The notes under the pieces are model-generated. The model ran no database searches, was not told where the DNA came from, and worked only from the letters and a program-made list of their open reading frames with translations. From the NCBI GenBank assembly GCA_963771355.1, contig CAVYTA010000001.1:96001-160000 (forward strand): a stretch of 64,000 bases of DNA. Direction: 5' to 3'. Shown here one piece after another: positions 57,108 to 64,000 of this stretch (the stretch's first letter is position 1; each line of letters starts with the position of its first letter). Position numbers and translations under genes: made by a program. The DNA is from an uncultured Candidatus Rokubacteria bacterium. Its GTDB lineage: Bacteria; Methylomirabilota; Methylomirabilia; Rokubacteriales; CSP1-6.

Positions 57108-58646
57108 TCACTTCCCCTTGAGCGTCACGTCCTCGTAGGGCGCCGAATAGGCGTGGCCCGGGATGAGACCCAGACCGGACTCGCCCACGCGCGGCCCCAC
57201 GCCGTTCAGGAACGCCAGCTCCCAGATGGGGGCGTACACCACGCGCTCGTGGAGCAGCTGCTGGATCTTGTGCAGCGTGGCCTCGCGGCGCTTGCGGTCC
57301 AGCTCCGCCGCCTGCTCCTGGAAGAGCCCGTCGAGGTCCGGATAGGTCCCGTAGACATAGGCGCCGCCCGTGACGACGAAGGCCTCCAGGCGCGTGGCGG
57401 CATTGCCGAAGGCGCCGCTCGAGGCCTGGACAAGGCCGCCCCTGAACTTCTTGTCCGAGTAGCCGCTGAAGAAGGCCGCACGCTCCAGCGGCCGGAGCCT
57501 CGCGCGGATGCCCACCGCCTGGAGATTGTTGAGCACGGCCTCGCCGAGGTTTCCGTAGGAGCCGTCGCAGTAGAATTCTCCCGCGTCGAAGCCATTGGGG
57601 TGTCCGGCCTCGGCGAGAAGCGCCTTGGCCCGCGCCGCCGAATGCACCGGGGCGGGCGGCGCCCAGAAGAAATCGAACATGCTGGGGATGATGCTGTTGG
57701 TGAGTCTCGAGTGGCCCAGGGTGAGCGCCTGGTTGATGGACGGGCGGTCCACCGCGAGGCTCGCCGCCTGGCGCACGCGACGGTCATGCCAGGGGGACTT
57801 GGGATCCCACTGGTCGGGGAAATAGAGCCAGAACGTCCCCTGGATGACGGCGGGCTTGAGCGCGAGGCCCGGCGTGCGCTGGAGCTCCTCGGCCAGCTCG
57901 CCGCGAATCGAGTAGGCCAGATCCACCTCGCCGCGCTTGAGCGCGGCCAGCCGGGTCGACTCGTCGGGGACGACGCGCAGGACCAGCCGCTTCACGCTCG
58001 GCGATTTCCGCCAGTATTGCTCGAACGCCTCCATCACCAGCTCCACACCGGGGGTGAACGAGACGAACTTGTAGGGACCCGCACCGATGGGCGCCTTCTT
58101 GAAGCCCTCTTCTCCCACCCGCTCCACGTATTTCTTCGGCACGATCCAGCCCGCGCCGGTGGCGCTCGAGTAGAACGTGATGAAATCGGGCCAGGGCTGC
58201 TTGAGCCGGAAGCGCACGCGTCCCGGATCCGGCGTCTCCACCGCGGCCACACGATCCTTGAAGCCCTTGCTCCCGGTGCCCTTGTAGCGCTCGAAGGAGA
58301 ACTTCACGTCCTCCGCGGTGACCGGCGAGCCGTCGTGGAAGCGGGCGTTCTTTCGCAGGACGAACTCGTACGAGAGCCCATCCTTGGCCACCGACCACGA
58401 CTCCGCCAGGCTCGGCGTCTGCGGCCCGGCGGGCATGGGCTTCACCATGGCGTCGTGCAGCGCATAGAGCACCATGAAGGGCGTGATCATGCCGGGCGTC
58501 TCGGCCGGGTCGAACCAGGTCGGCGCCAGCGTGATGTGCACGCCCCAGGTGAGCTGGCCTTCCGGGGCCGCATCGGCCCGCGCGGACGAGGCCAGCAGGA
58601 TCAGCAGCGCGGTCAGGGCGGGCGCGAGAGCGCGTCGAAGGAACAT
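57108..58646 (-). CDS. Family 5 ABC substrate-binding protein, orphan; paralog of 8028
   Basis: LAPTWFDP, TAEDVKFSFERYKG, WIVPKKY, PYEDV. Confidence 0.92.
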   Translation of the reverse strand: MFLRRALAPALTALLILLASSARADAAPEGQLTWGVHITLAPTWFDPAETPGMITPFMVLYALHDAMVKPMPAGPQTPSLAESWSVAKDGLSYEFVLRKNARFHDGSPVTAEDVKFSFERYKGTGSKGFKDRVAAVETPDPGRVRFRLKQPWPDFITFYSSATGAGWIVPKKYVERVGEEGFKKAPIGAGPYKFVSFTPGVELVMEAFEQYWRKSPSVKRLVLRVVPDESTRLAALKRGEVDLAYSIRGELAEELQRTPGLALKPAVIQGTFWLYFPDQWDPKSPWHDRRVRQAASLAVDRPSINQALTLGHSRLTNSIIPSMFDFFWAPPAPVHSAARAKALLAEAGHPNGFDAGEFYCDGSYGNLGEAVLNNLQAVGIRARLRPLERAAFFSGYSDKKFRGGLVQASSGAFGNAATRLEAFVVTGGAYVYGTYPDLDGLFQEQAAELDRKRREATLHKIQQLLHERVVYAPIWELAFLNGVGPRVGESGLGLIPGHAYSAPYEDVTLKGK

Positions 58647-58693
58647 GGACGGCCTCCTTGCAGCACGAGGGCTCGGACAGGACGGTGCGCTGA

Positions 58694-59365
58694 TTATCCT
58701 CGGGACTTGCCTCCTGTCAACCGAGTACCGGCGGAGGCGGGGGTGGCGGCACCCGGCTCGGGGGCGGTTTCGGGCTCGGGCAAGGTGCCGTCCAGCTTGG
58801 TCAATATCTCGGCGACGTCGGTCTCCTCGGTGAGGGCCTCCACCTGGTGGAGCTCCTCCGGCGACACGCCGAGCTTCTCGGCCACGCGCTGGAGCAGCCG
58901 GAGGGTCGCCGTCGATTCTTGCTCCGCGAGGAGATTCACCTGCAGATCGAGATGCGCGCGCTTGTCGGCCTGATGCGTCATGCGGTTCTGGTTGTTGAGC
59001 ACGGCAAGGGTGATGAAGATGGCCTCTAGCGAGACGATCATGGTGAGGAAGTTGAACGGATAGGGGTCGAAGGGCTCGACGCCGGGGACGCGGCCCGTGT
59101 TCACGAGGATCCAGCCGAGGAACCACAGCAGGTGGAACAAGGCCACCCACCCGCTGCCCACGATGGCCACCGCGCGGTCGCCGATGCGCTCGAAGAACGA
59201 CCGGCGGTGGAGCTGCTCGGCCTCGAGCTGCGCGATCTTCTCCACGTTGCTCGCGGCGGCCCCCGCCGGGGGCGGGGTGGGTGGTTCGATCCGCGGTGGC
59301 TGGGTGCGTCGCCGGTAGCTGTTACCGGGTAGCTTCGTCCGCTCTCGGCGGGTGTCGCGCGTCAT
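58694..59365 (-). CDS. DUF1003 domain membrane protein
   Basis: FDPYPF..L...SLEAI, QNR, DLQVNLLAEQE. Confidence 0.88.
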   Translation of the reverse strand: MTRDTRRERTKLPGNSYRRRTQPPRIEPPTPPPAGAAASNVEKIAQLEAEQLHRRSFFERIGDRAVAIVGSGWVALFHLLWFLGWILVNTGRVPGVEPFDPYPFNFLTMIVSLEAIFITLAVLNNQNRMTHQADKRAHLDLQVNLLAEQESTATLRLLQRVAEKLGVSPEELHQVEALTEETDVAEILTKLDGTLPEPETAPEPGAATPASAGTRLTGGKSRG

Positions 59366-59378
59366 GAGCGCCGGGCGC

Positions 59379-59642
59379 TCACATCCGCGCGGCGCGCGGG
59401 CGTCCGGCCACCATCCGGTAGAGCACGAGGAGCACGATGGAGCCGGCCACCGCCATGAGGAATCCCACCGGATCGTTCGGGCCGTACAGGCCCAGCAGGC
59501 GGCCCAGATAGCCGCCAACCAAGGCGCCGACGACTCCGAGCACCATGGTCAGGAAGAGTCCGCCCGGATCGCGTCCGGGCACGACCAGCTTGGCGACGAC
59601 TCCCACGACGAGACCGAAGACGATCCAGCCCAGAACACCCAT
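59379..59642 (-). CDS. GlsB/YeaQ/YmgE family stress membrane protein
   Basis: WIVFGLVVG..AK..PG.DPGG, LG..GA.VGG. Confidence 0.92.
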   Translation of the reverse strand: MGVLGWIVFGLVVGVVAKLVVPGRDPGGLFLTMVLGVVGALVGGYLGRLLGLYGPNDPVGFLMAVAGSIVLLVLYRMVAGRPRAARM

Positions 59643-59694
59643 GACGATCCTCCCTGAGGTCGGGTTTTGACTACCGCAGCACCCATCAAGACCA

Positions 59695-59710
59695 AGCAAG
59701 GGCTGTGCCG
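59695..59710 (-). promoter_or_regulatory. sigma54 -24/-12 promoter
   Basis: CGGCACAGCCCTTGCT on minus strand. Confidence 0.78.
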
Positions 59711-59713
59711 GAA

Positions 59714-59729
59714 CGGCACGCGCCTTGCT
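59714..59729 (+). promoter_or_regulatory. sigma54 -24/-12 promoter
   Basis: CGGCACGCGCCTTGCT. Confidence 0.78.
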
Positions 59730-59784
59730 CCCTCGAGACTCGTCGTCGAAACTCAATCCGACCCGACCCAATGGAGGCAGTGTC

Positions 59785-60384
59785 ATGAAGAAGGAGCAGA
59801 TCGCGGAGCTGCTGTACCAGGCCCTCGAAACCGAGAAAGGCGGCGTCGAGATCTACGAGACCGCCGTCCGCTGCGCGGTGAACGAGGATCTCAAGGAAGA
59901 GTGGGAGAAGTATCTCGAGCAGACCGAGCGTCACGTGGAAGTCATGGAAGGCCTCTTCGAGACCTTCGGCCTCGATCCCGAGACGGACACGCCCGGCCGA
60001 CTGGTGGTGCGCCACATCGGAGAGTCCCTGGTGCGGGCCATGGAGATGGCGATGGACGCGGGCAATGCCGACGCGGCGCAGATCGTGGCCGCCGAGTGCA
60101 TCGCGCTCGCGGAGACCAAGGACCATCTCAACTGGCAGCTGATGGGGCAGGTGGCGAAGAAGCTCACCGGGGACGAGGCGAAGGCGCTCAAGGCCGCGCA
60201 CGAGGAGGTGGAGGAGGAGGAGGACGAGCACCTGTACCACACCAAGGGCTGGGGCCGCGAGCTCTGGATTGCCGCGCTGGGCATGCCGGCGGTGCTGCCG
60301 CCGCCCGAGGAGAAGAAGGACGTGAAGTCGGCGATCGGCGCCGAGCGCGCCAAGCAGGCGCGCGGCGGCATGCTGAAGAAGTAA
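59785..60384 (+). CDS. Ferritin-like (DUF892-type) stress protein
   Basis: LYQALETE.GG, EQTERH, AETKDH, EEDEH ExxH pairs. Confidence 0.82.
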   Translation: MKKEQIAELLYQALETEKGGVEIYETAVRCAVNEDLKEEWEKYLEQTERHVEVMEGLFETFGLDPETDTPGRLVVRHIGESLVRAMEMAMDAGNADAAQIVAAECIALAETKDHLNWQLMGQVAKKLTGDEAKALKAAHEEVEEEEDEHLYHTKGWGRELWIAALGMPAVLPPPEEKKDVKSAIGAERAKQARGGMLKK

Positions 60385-60438
60385 CCGGGCGAGCCGGACC
60401 GCGCGCTCGGCCCCTCGCTACCGGGGCGGAGCGCGCGG

Positions 60439-61638
60439 TCAGCGGCCGCCGATGACGCCGCTGCCCCGCAGCGCGTCGACCTCCGCCGCGCTCAGCCCGA
60501 GGAGATCGCGCAGCACCTCGGAGGTGTGCTCACCCAGCATCGGCGACGGCGTGCGCACCGAGCCCGGTGTCTCTGACAGGCGCACCGGGGCGCCCACCAT
60601 GCGGACTTTTCCTGCGCGGGGATGATTCATCTCCACCAGCGCTCCGCGCGCCTTCACCTGGGGATGATTCACCACCTGCTCGATATTGTTGATGGCGCCG
60701 AAGGGGATGCCCTCGGGGAGGAAGATGGCTTCCCACTCCTCGTAGGTCTTGGTGAGGAACACGTCCTGGAGGATGGGGATGAGGGTGGCGCGGTTCTTTG
60801 CCCGGTCGACGTTCCGGCGATAGCGCGGGTCATTGGCGAGCTCGGAGCGGCCGATGACCGGGCAGAAGACCTGCCAGAGCTTCTCGCTACCTACCGCCAG
60901 CGCGAGATCGCGTGTCTTCGTCCGGAAGGTCTGATACGGAAGCAGCGCCTTGTAGGCGGTGCCCATGGGCTCCGGCAGCTCGCCGTCGGCGAGGTAACCG
61001 CCGATCATGGTGCCGAGCAGCGACATCTGGCCCTCGAGCATGGACACGTCGATGGCCTGGCCGCGCCCGGTCTTCTCCTTCACGCGCAGCGCCAGCATGA
61101 TGCCGAAGGCCGCGTACATGCCCGCGGTCATGTCGGCCACCGACGTGCCGCAGCGCACGCCGCGGCCACCCTCTTCACCCGTCACCGAGATCATGCCGCT
61201 TTCCGCCTGGAGGATGAGATCCAGCGCGGCGCGGTCCCGATAGGGCCCGTCCTGACCGAATCCCGACACCGAGCAGTAGATGATGCCGGGATTACGCGCG
61301 CGCGCCTCCTCGTAGGAGAGTCCCAGCCGCTCCAGCGCGCCGGTCCGGTAGTTCTCGAGCACGACGTCCGCGCGCTGAGCCAGCTTGAAGAAGAGCGCCT
61401 TCCCGTCCGGATGCTTGAGATCCACCTCGATGCCCTGCTTGTTGCGGTGCAGGCTCACGAAATACGCGGTCTCCCCGCCGGGCAGGGGGGTGCCCCAGGC
61501 GCGCGCGATGTCCCCGGCACCCTTGGGCTCGAGCTTGATCACGCGGGCGCCGAAATCGGCGAGCATGGTCGAGCAGAAGGGGCCCGCGAGGGCATGGGAG
61601 AGGTCGAGCACGGTGACGTCTTCGAGCGGCAGGCGCAT
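60439..61638 (-). CDS. CaiB/BaiF class III CoA transferase
   Basis: LAGPFC..LAD.GA, RNK, ENYR.G, SGFGQ.GP, AD..AG, LGEHT. Confidence 0.94.
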   Translation of the reverse strand: MRLPLEDVTVLDLSHALAGPFCSTMLADFGARVIKLEPKGAGDIARAWGTPLPGGETAYFVSLHRNKQGIEVDLKHPDGKALFFKLAQRADVVLENYRTGALERLGLSYEEARARNPGIIYCSVSGFGQDGPYRDRAALDLILQAESGMISVTGEEGGRGVRCGTSVADMTAGMYAAFGIMLALRVKEKTGRGQAIDVSMLEGQMSLLGTMIGGYLADGELPEPMGTAYKALLPYQTFRTKTRDLALAVGSEKLWQVFCPVIGRSELANDPRYRRNVDRAKNRATLIPILQDVFLTKTYEEWEAIFLPEGIPFGAINNIEQVVNHPQVKARGALVEMNHPRAGKVRMVGAPVRLSETPGSVRTPSPMLGEHTSEVLRDLLGLSAAEVDALRGSGVIGGR

Positions 61639-61722
61639 GAGCAGTCTCCTCGACGGTGAGTGACGCGAGGGGGCTATAATACTGCGGCTGGCCCACTACC
61701 CGAAGACGAGAGGTCCCGTGCG

Positions 61723-62151
61723 ATGTCGACCGATGCCGAGAGCGCCCAGCTCAAGATGGATCCCGCGAGCCTCTATCGCGAGGACGTGTACACCGATCGC
61801 CGCATGGGGACCATCCGCGTCCTCACGCCGGTAACCCGAGACGGAGCCCCCGATCCCGTGCGCCCGGTGCTCTACCTGGGCGAGGCGCAGCTCGTCACCT
61901 CGGTAGGCGCGCTGCCGATCGCCTTCGAGATCGACGCCACGTCGCTGGGGGAGGCGGCGGAGAAGTTCGCCGCAGCGGCCGAGGTGGGCGTGGAGCGGAC
62001 GATGCGCCAGCTCCAGGAGATGCGGCGCGAGGCCTCCTCGTCGATCGTCATTCCCGACCGCGTACCGCCCGGCATGGGGGGTGGGGGACTCGGCGGGCCG
62101 GGGCTGGGTGGCCCGGGCTCGCGCGGCGGCGGCAAGATTCAGCTTCCGTAG
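61723..62151 (+). CDS. Conserved hypothetical cytoplasmic protein
   Basis: LYRED.YTDR..GTIR.LTP, LPI.FEI.A, RREASS.IVIP; Gly-rich tail. Confidence 0.7.
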   Translation: MSTDAESAQLKMDPASLYREDVYTDRRMGTIRVLTPVTRDGAPDPVRPVLYLGEAQLVTSVGALPIAFEIDATSLGEAAEKFAAAAEVGVERTMRQLQEMRREASSSIVIPDRVPPGMGGGGLGGPGLGGPGSRGGGKIQLP

Positions 62152-62245
62152 CCAGTGCTGTAACTTTTCCGGTGCCTGGTTCCCGGAAACGGCACCAGGG
62201 CCGGAGACCATCGGGATAAGTATCCGGAATCCCGATAGGTGTGCC

Positions 62246-62261
62246 TGGCATCCGTCTTGCT
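62246..62261 (+). promoter_or_regulatory. sigma54 -24/-12 promoter
   Basis: TGGCATCCGTCTTGCT. Confidence 0.8.
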
Positions 62262-62286
62262 CCTCCGATGGGCAGGAGGACTGCCC

Positions 62287-62698
62287 ATGTACAAGAATCT
62301 CATCGTAGGCCCTCGCCATGGCCGCCGGGCTCGGGTTGCCGTCGACGGCCCTCGCTCAGGTGCGCGTCAACGTGAACGTCGCGCCGCCGGTCGTCCTGGT
62401 GTCGCCGCCCAAGCTCGTTGTCGTGCCCAATTCCCCGGTCAAGTACGCGCCCGAGGTCAACGCGAATCTCTTCTTCCACGACGGCCGCTACTACAGCCTG
62501 CATGAAGACCGGTGGCTGGTCGCCAGCTCGCACAGTGGCCCGTGGGTCGTGATCGAGGTCGGCAGAGTGCCCCCGCCGGTGATCGCGGTGCCCGTGAAGT
62601 ACTACAAGGTCCCTCCGGGCCACGCGAAGAAGATGTCGCGCGGGGACGAGGGCGGCAAGGACTGTCCGCCGGGCCAGGCCAAGAAGGGGCGCTGCTAG
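62287..62698 (+). CDS. Secreted Pro-rich protein (PPGHAKK/CPPGQAKKGRC); frameshift near 62310
   Basis: RBS ggagga + MYKNLIV is out of frame with LAMAAGLGLPSTALAQ. Confidence 0.65.
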
Positions 62699-62700
62699 GG

Positions 62701-63915
62701 TCAGCCCTCTGGAAGACCCTCCGGCACATCGCGCGCCCCCACCGTGCGGGCGCGGTATTCTTCCGGGACGGTGCGGCCCGCGTCCGTATAGGCGCGGCGC
62801 ACCGCCTCCACATTGGGCCCGAACACCGTCTTCCGATTCGACCGCGCCCACTCGTTGGAGTCGCGCACGGTGACCAGCGAGCCCTGGAAGTGCGGCATCA
62901 CGTAGCGCGCGAAGAGCTCATAGCTCCGCAGGGTCAGCTCGCGAGTGGCCCACTCGTGCGCCCGGAAGAGGACGCCGCCGAAACCGCCCCCGCTATAGCC
63001 CTGCAGCCGTTCGATGCCGCGGATCACCGTCTCCGGGGAGCCCACCAAGGTGGTGCCCATCTTCACGCCCTCGCGCAGCGGATCGTCGGCACGGCCGGGC
63101 GGGCGGCCGAGGGTCTCCTCGAAATAGGTGATGGTCTCGCGCCGCTCCCCCGCGCCGACCTCGCGGAGCGCTTCCTCGTCGTCTTCCGCGAGGTGCACGT
63201 TCACCACCACGCGCCACTTCTTCCGGTCCATGGTGACCCCGTGCTTGGCCGCCGTGTCCTCCGCGATCTTCCACTGGCCGGCCAGGGCCTCCGGCCCTCC
63301 TGGCAGTCCCGCGCCGATGGACAGCACCCCGAGCCCGTGCTTGCCGGCCGCGATCACGCCGGCCGGCGTGATGGTGCTGGCCACCGCGATGGGGAAATGC
63401 GGGTCGGTGTACGGCGCCAGGTGCAGGCGTGCCTCACGCAGCTCGAACCAGTCCGTCTTCATCGTCACCGGCTCATCGCAGCGCAAGAGCCGCATGATGG
63501 CCTCCAGCGCCTCCTCCATGCGGGGCCGCTGGGTGACGGGCTCGATGCCCATCATGTAGGCGTCCGACGGCAGCGCGCCGGGGCCGCAGCCCAGCATCGC
63601 GCGCCCGCGCGTCATGTGGTCGAGCTGGACGAAGCGGTTGGCGACCATCAACGGATGGTGATACGGCAGGCTGGTGACGCCGGAGCCCAGCATGATGTGA
63701 CGGGTGCGCTCGGCGGCCGCGCCGATGAAGACCTCCGGCGAGGCGATGGTCTCCCACCCCGCGGAATGATGCTCGCCGACCCACACCTCGTCGTAGCCCA
63801 GGTGATCGAGCCACTGGATCAGCTCCATGTCGCGGTCCATCGACAGCGTGGGGTTCTCGCCCACCCGGTGAAAGGGCGCCAGGAAGATGCCGAACTTCAG
63901 GCCGCGATGGGACAT
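62701..63915 (-). CDS. LLM-class flavin-dependent monooxygenase
   Basis: FGIFLAPFH, GEHHS.G, SLPYHHP, LDH.TRGR, GPGALPSD. Confidence 0.92.
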   Translation of the reverse strand: MSHRGLKFGIFLAPFHRVGENPTLSMDRDMELIQWLDHLGYDEVWVGEHHSAGWETIASPEVFIGAAAERTRHIMLGSGVTSLPYHHPLMVANRFVQLDHMTRGRAMLGCGPGALPSDAYMMGIEPVTQRPRMEEALEAIMRLLRCDEPVTMKTDWFELREARLHLAPYTDPHFPIAVASTITPAGVIAAGKHGLGVLSIGAGLPGGPEALAGQWKIAEDTAAKHGVTMDRKKWRVVVNVHLAEDDEEALREVGAGERRETITYFEETLGRPPGRADDPLREGVKMGTTLVGSPETVIRGIERLQGYSGGGFGGVLFRAHEWATRELTLRSYELFARYVMPHFQGSLVTVRDSNEWARSNRKTVFGPNVEAVRRAYTDAGRTVPEEYRARTVGARDVPEGLPEG

Positions 63916-64000
63916 ATCTTCTCCTTTGAAAGGAGGCTAGCATATCCGCCATGGATCCCGTCCCCGCGCTGCGCTGGGGCCAGCCCGCTCCGGAATTCTC

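Noticed and set aside
8028..58646. Two similar orphan family-5 SBPs as a duplication boundary
   Set aside because: Diverged paralogs in opposite orientation with unrelated flanks; more simply members of an expanded family.

Overview
High-GC bacterial chromosome segment. The family-5 solute-binding proteins and gene mix suggest Candidatus Rokubacteria/Methylomirabilota; this is an inference, not a database result. 1-12.3 kb holds a PotABCD-like ABC transporter with amidohydrolases, MlaC, an orphan SBP and a GIY-YIG protein. The main feature (12.3-43 kb) is a stress/low-oxygen cluster: 7 universal stress protein genes, 3 CBS proteins, phosphoketolase, ADP-forming acetate-CoA ligase, GNAT, pyridoxamine-oxidase-like protein, eRF1-like baeRF protein, cytochrome c, MBL-rhodanese fusion, tandem APS-kinase-like protein, a CarS-like gene and many gene remnants. 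It carries its own NtrC-family sigma54 activator and a FixL-like double-PAS kinase. Ten sigma54 -24/-12 promoters are visible in it, most with a recurring palindrome (GGGRCR-N4-YGYCCC) about 90-115 bp upstream, which suggests a sigma54-wired counterpart of the DosR/FixLJ hypoxia regulons. A 76-bp direct repeat of the radical SAM gene 3' end, with only synonymous differences, brackets about 28.7 kb, but no integrase is present. A 72-aa basic protein missing from the ORF track occurs twice, each copy with its own promoter. 43-64 kb holds DUF2779, an acyl-CoA catabolic operon, a MASE1 hybrid kinase, an AT-rich PEP-CTERM-like locus, arfB and further sigma54-driven stress genes. No rRNA, tRNA, CRISPR array or transposase was recognised.
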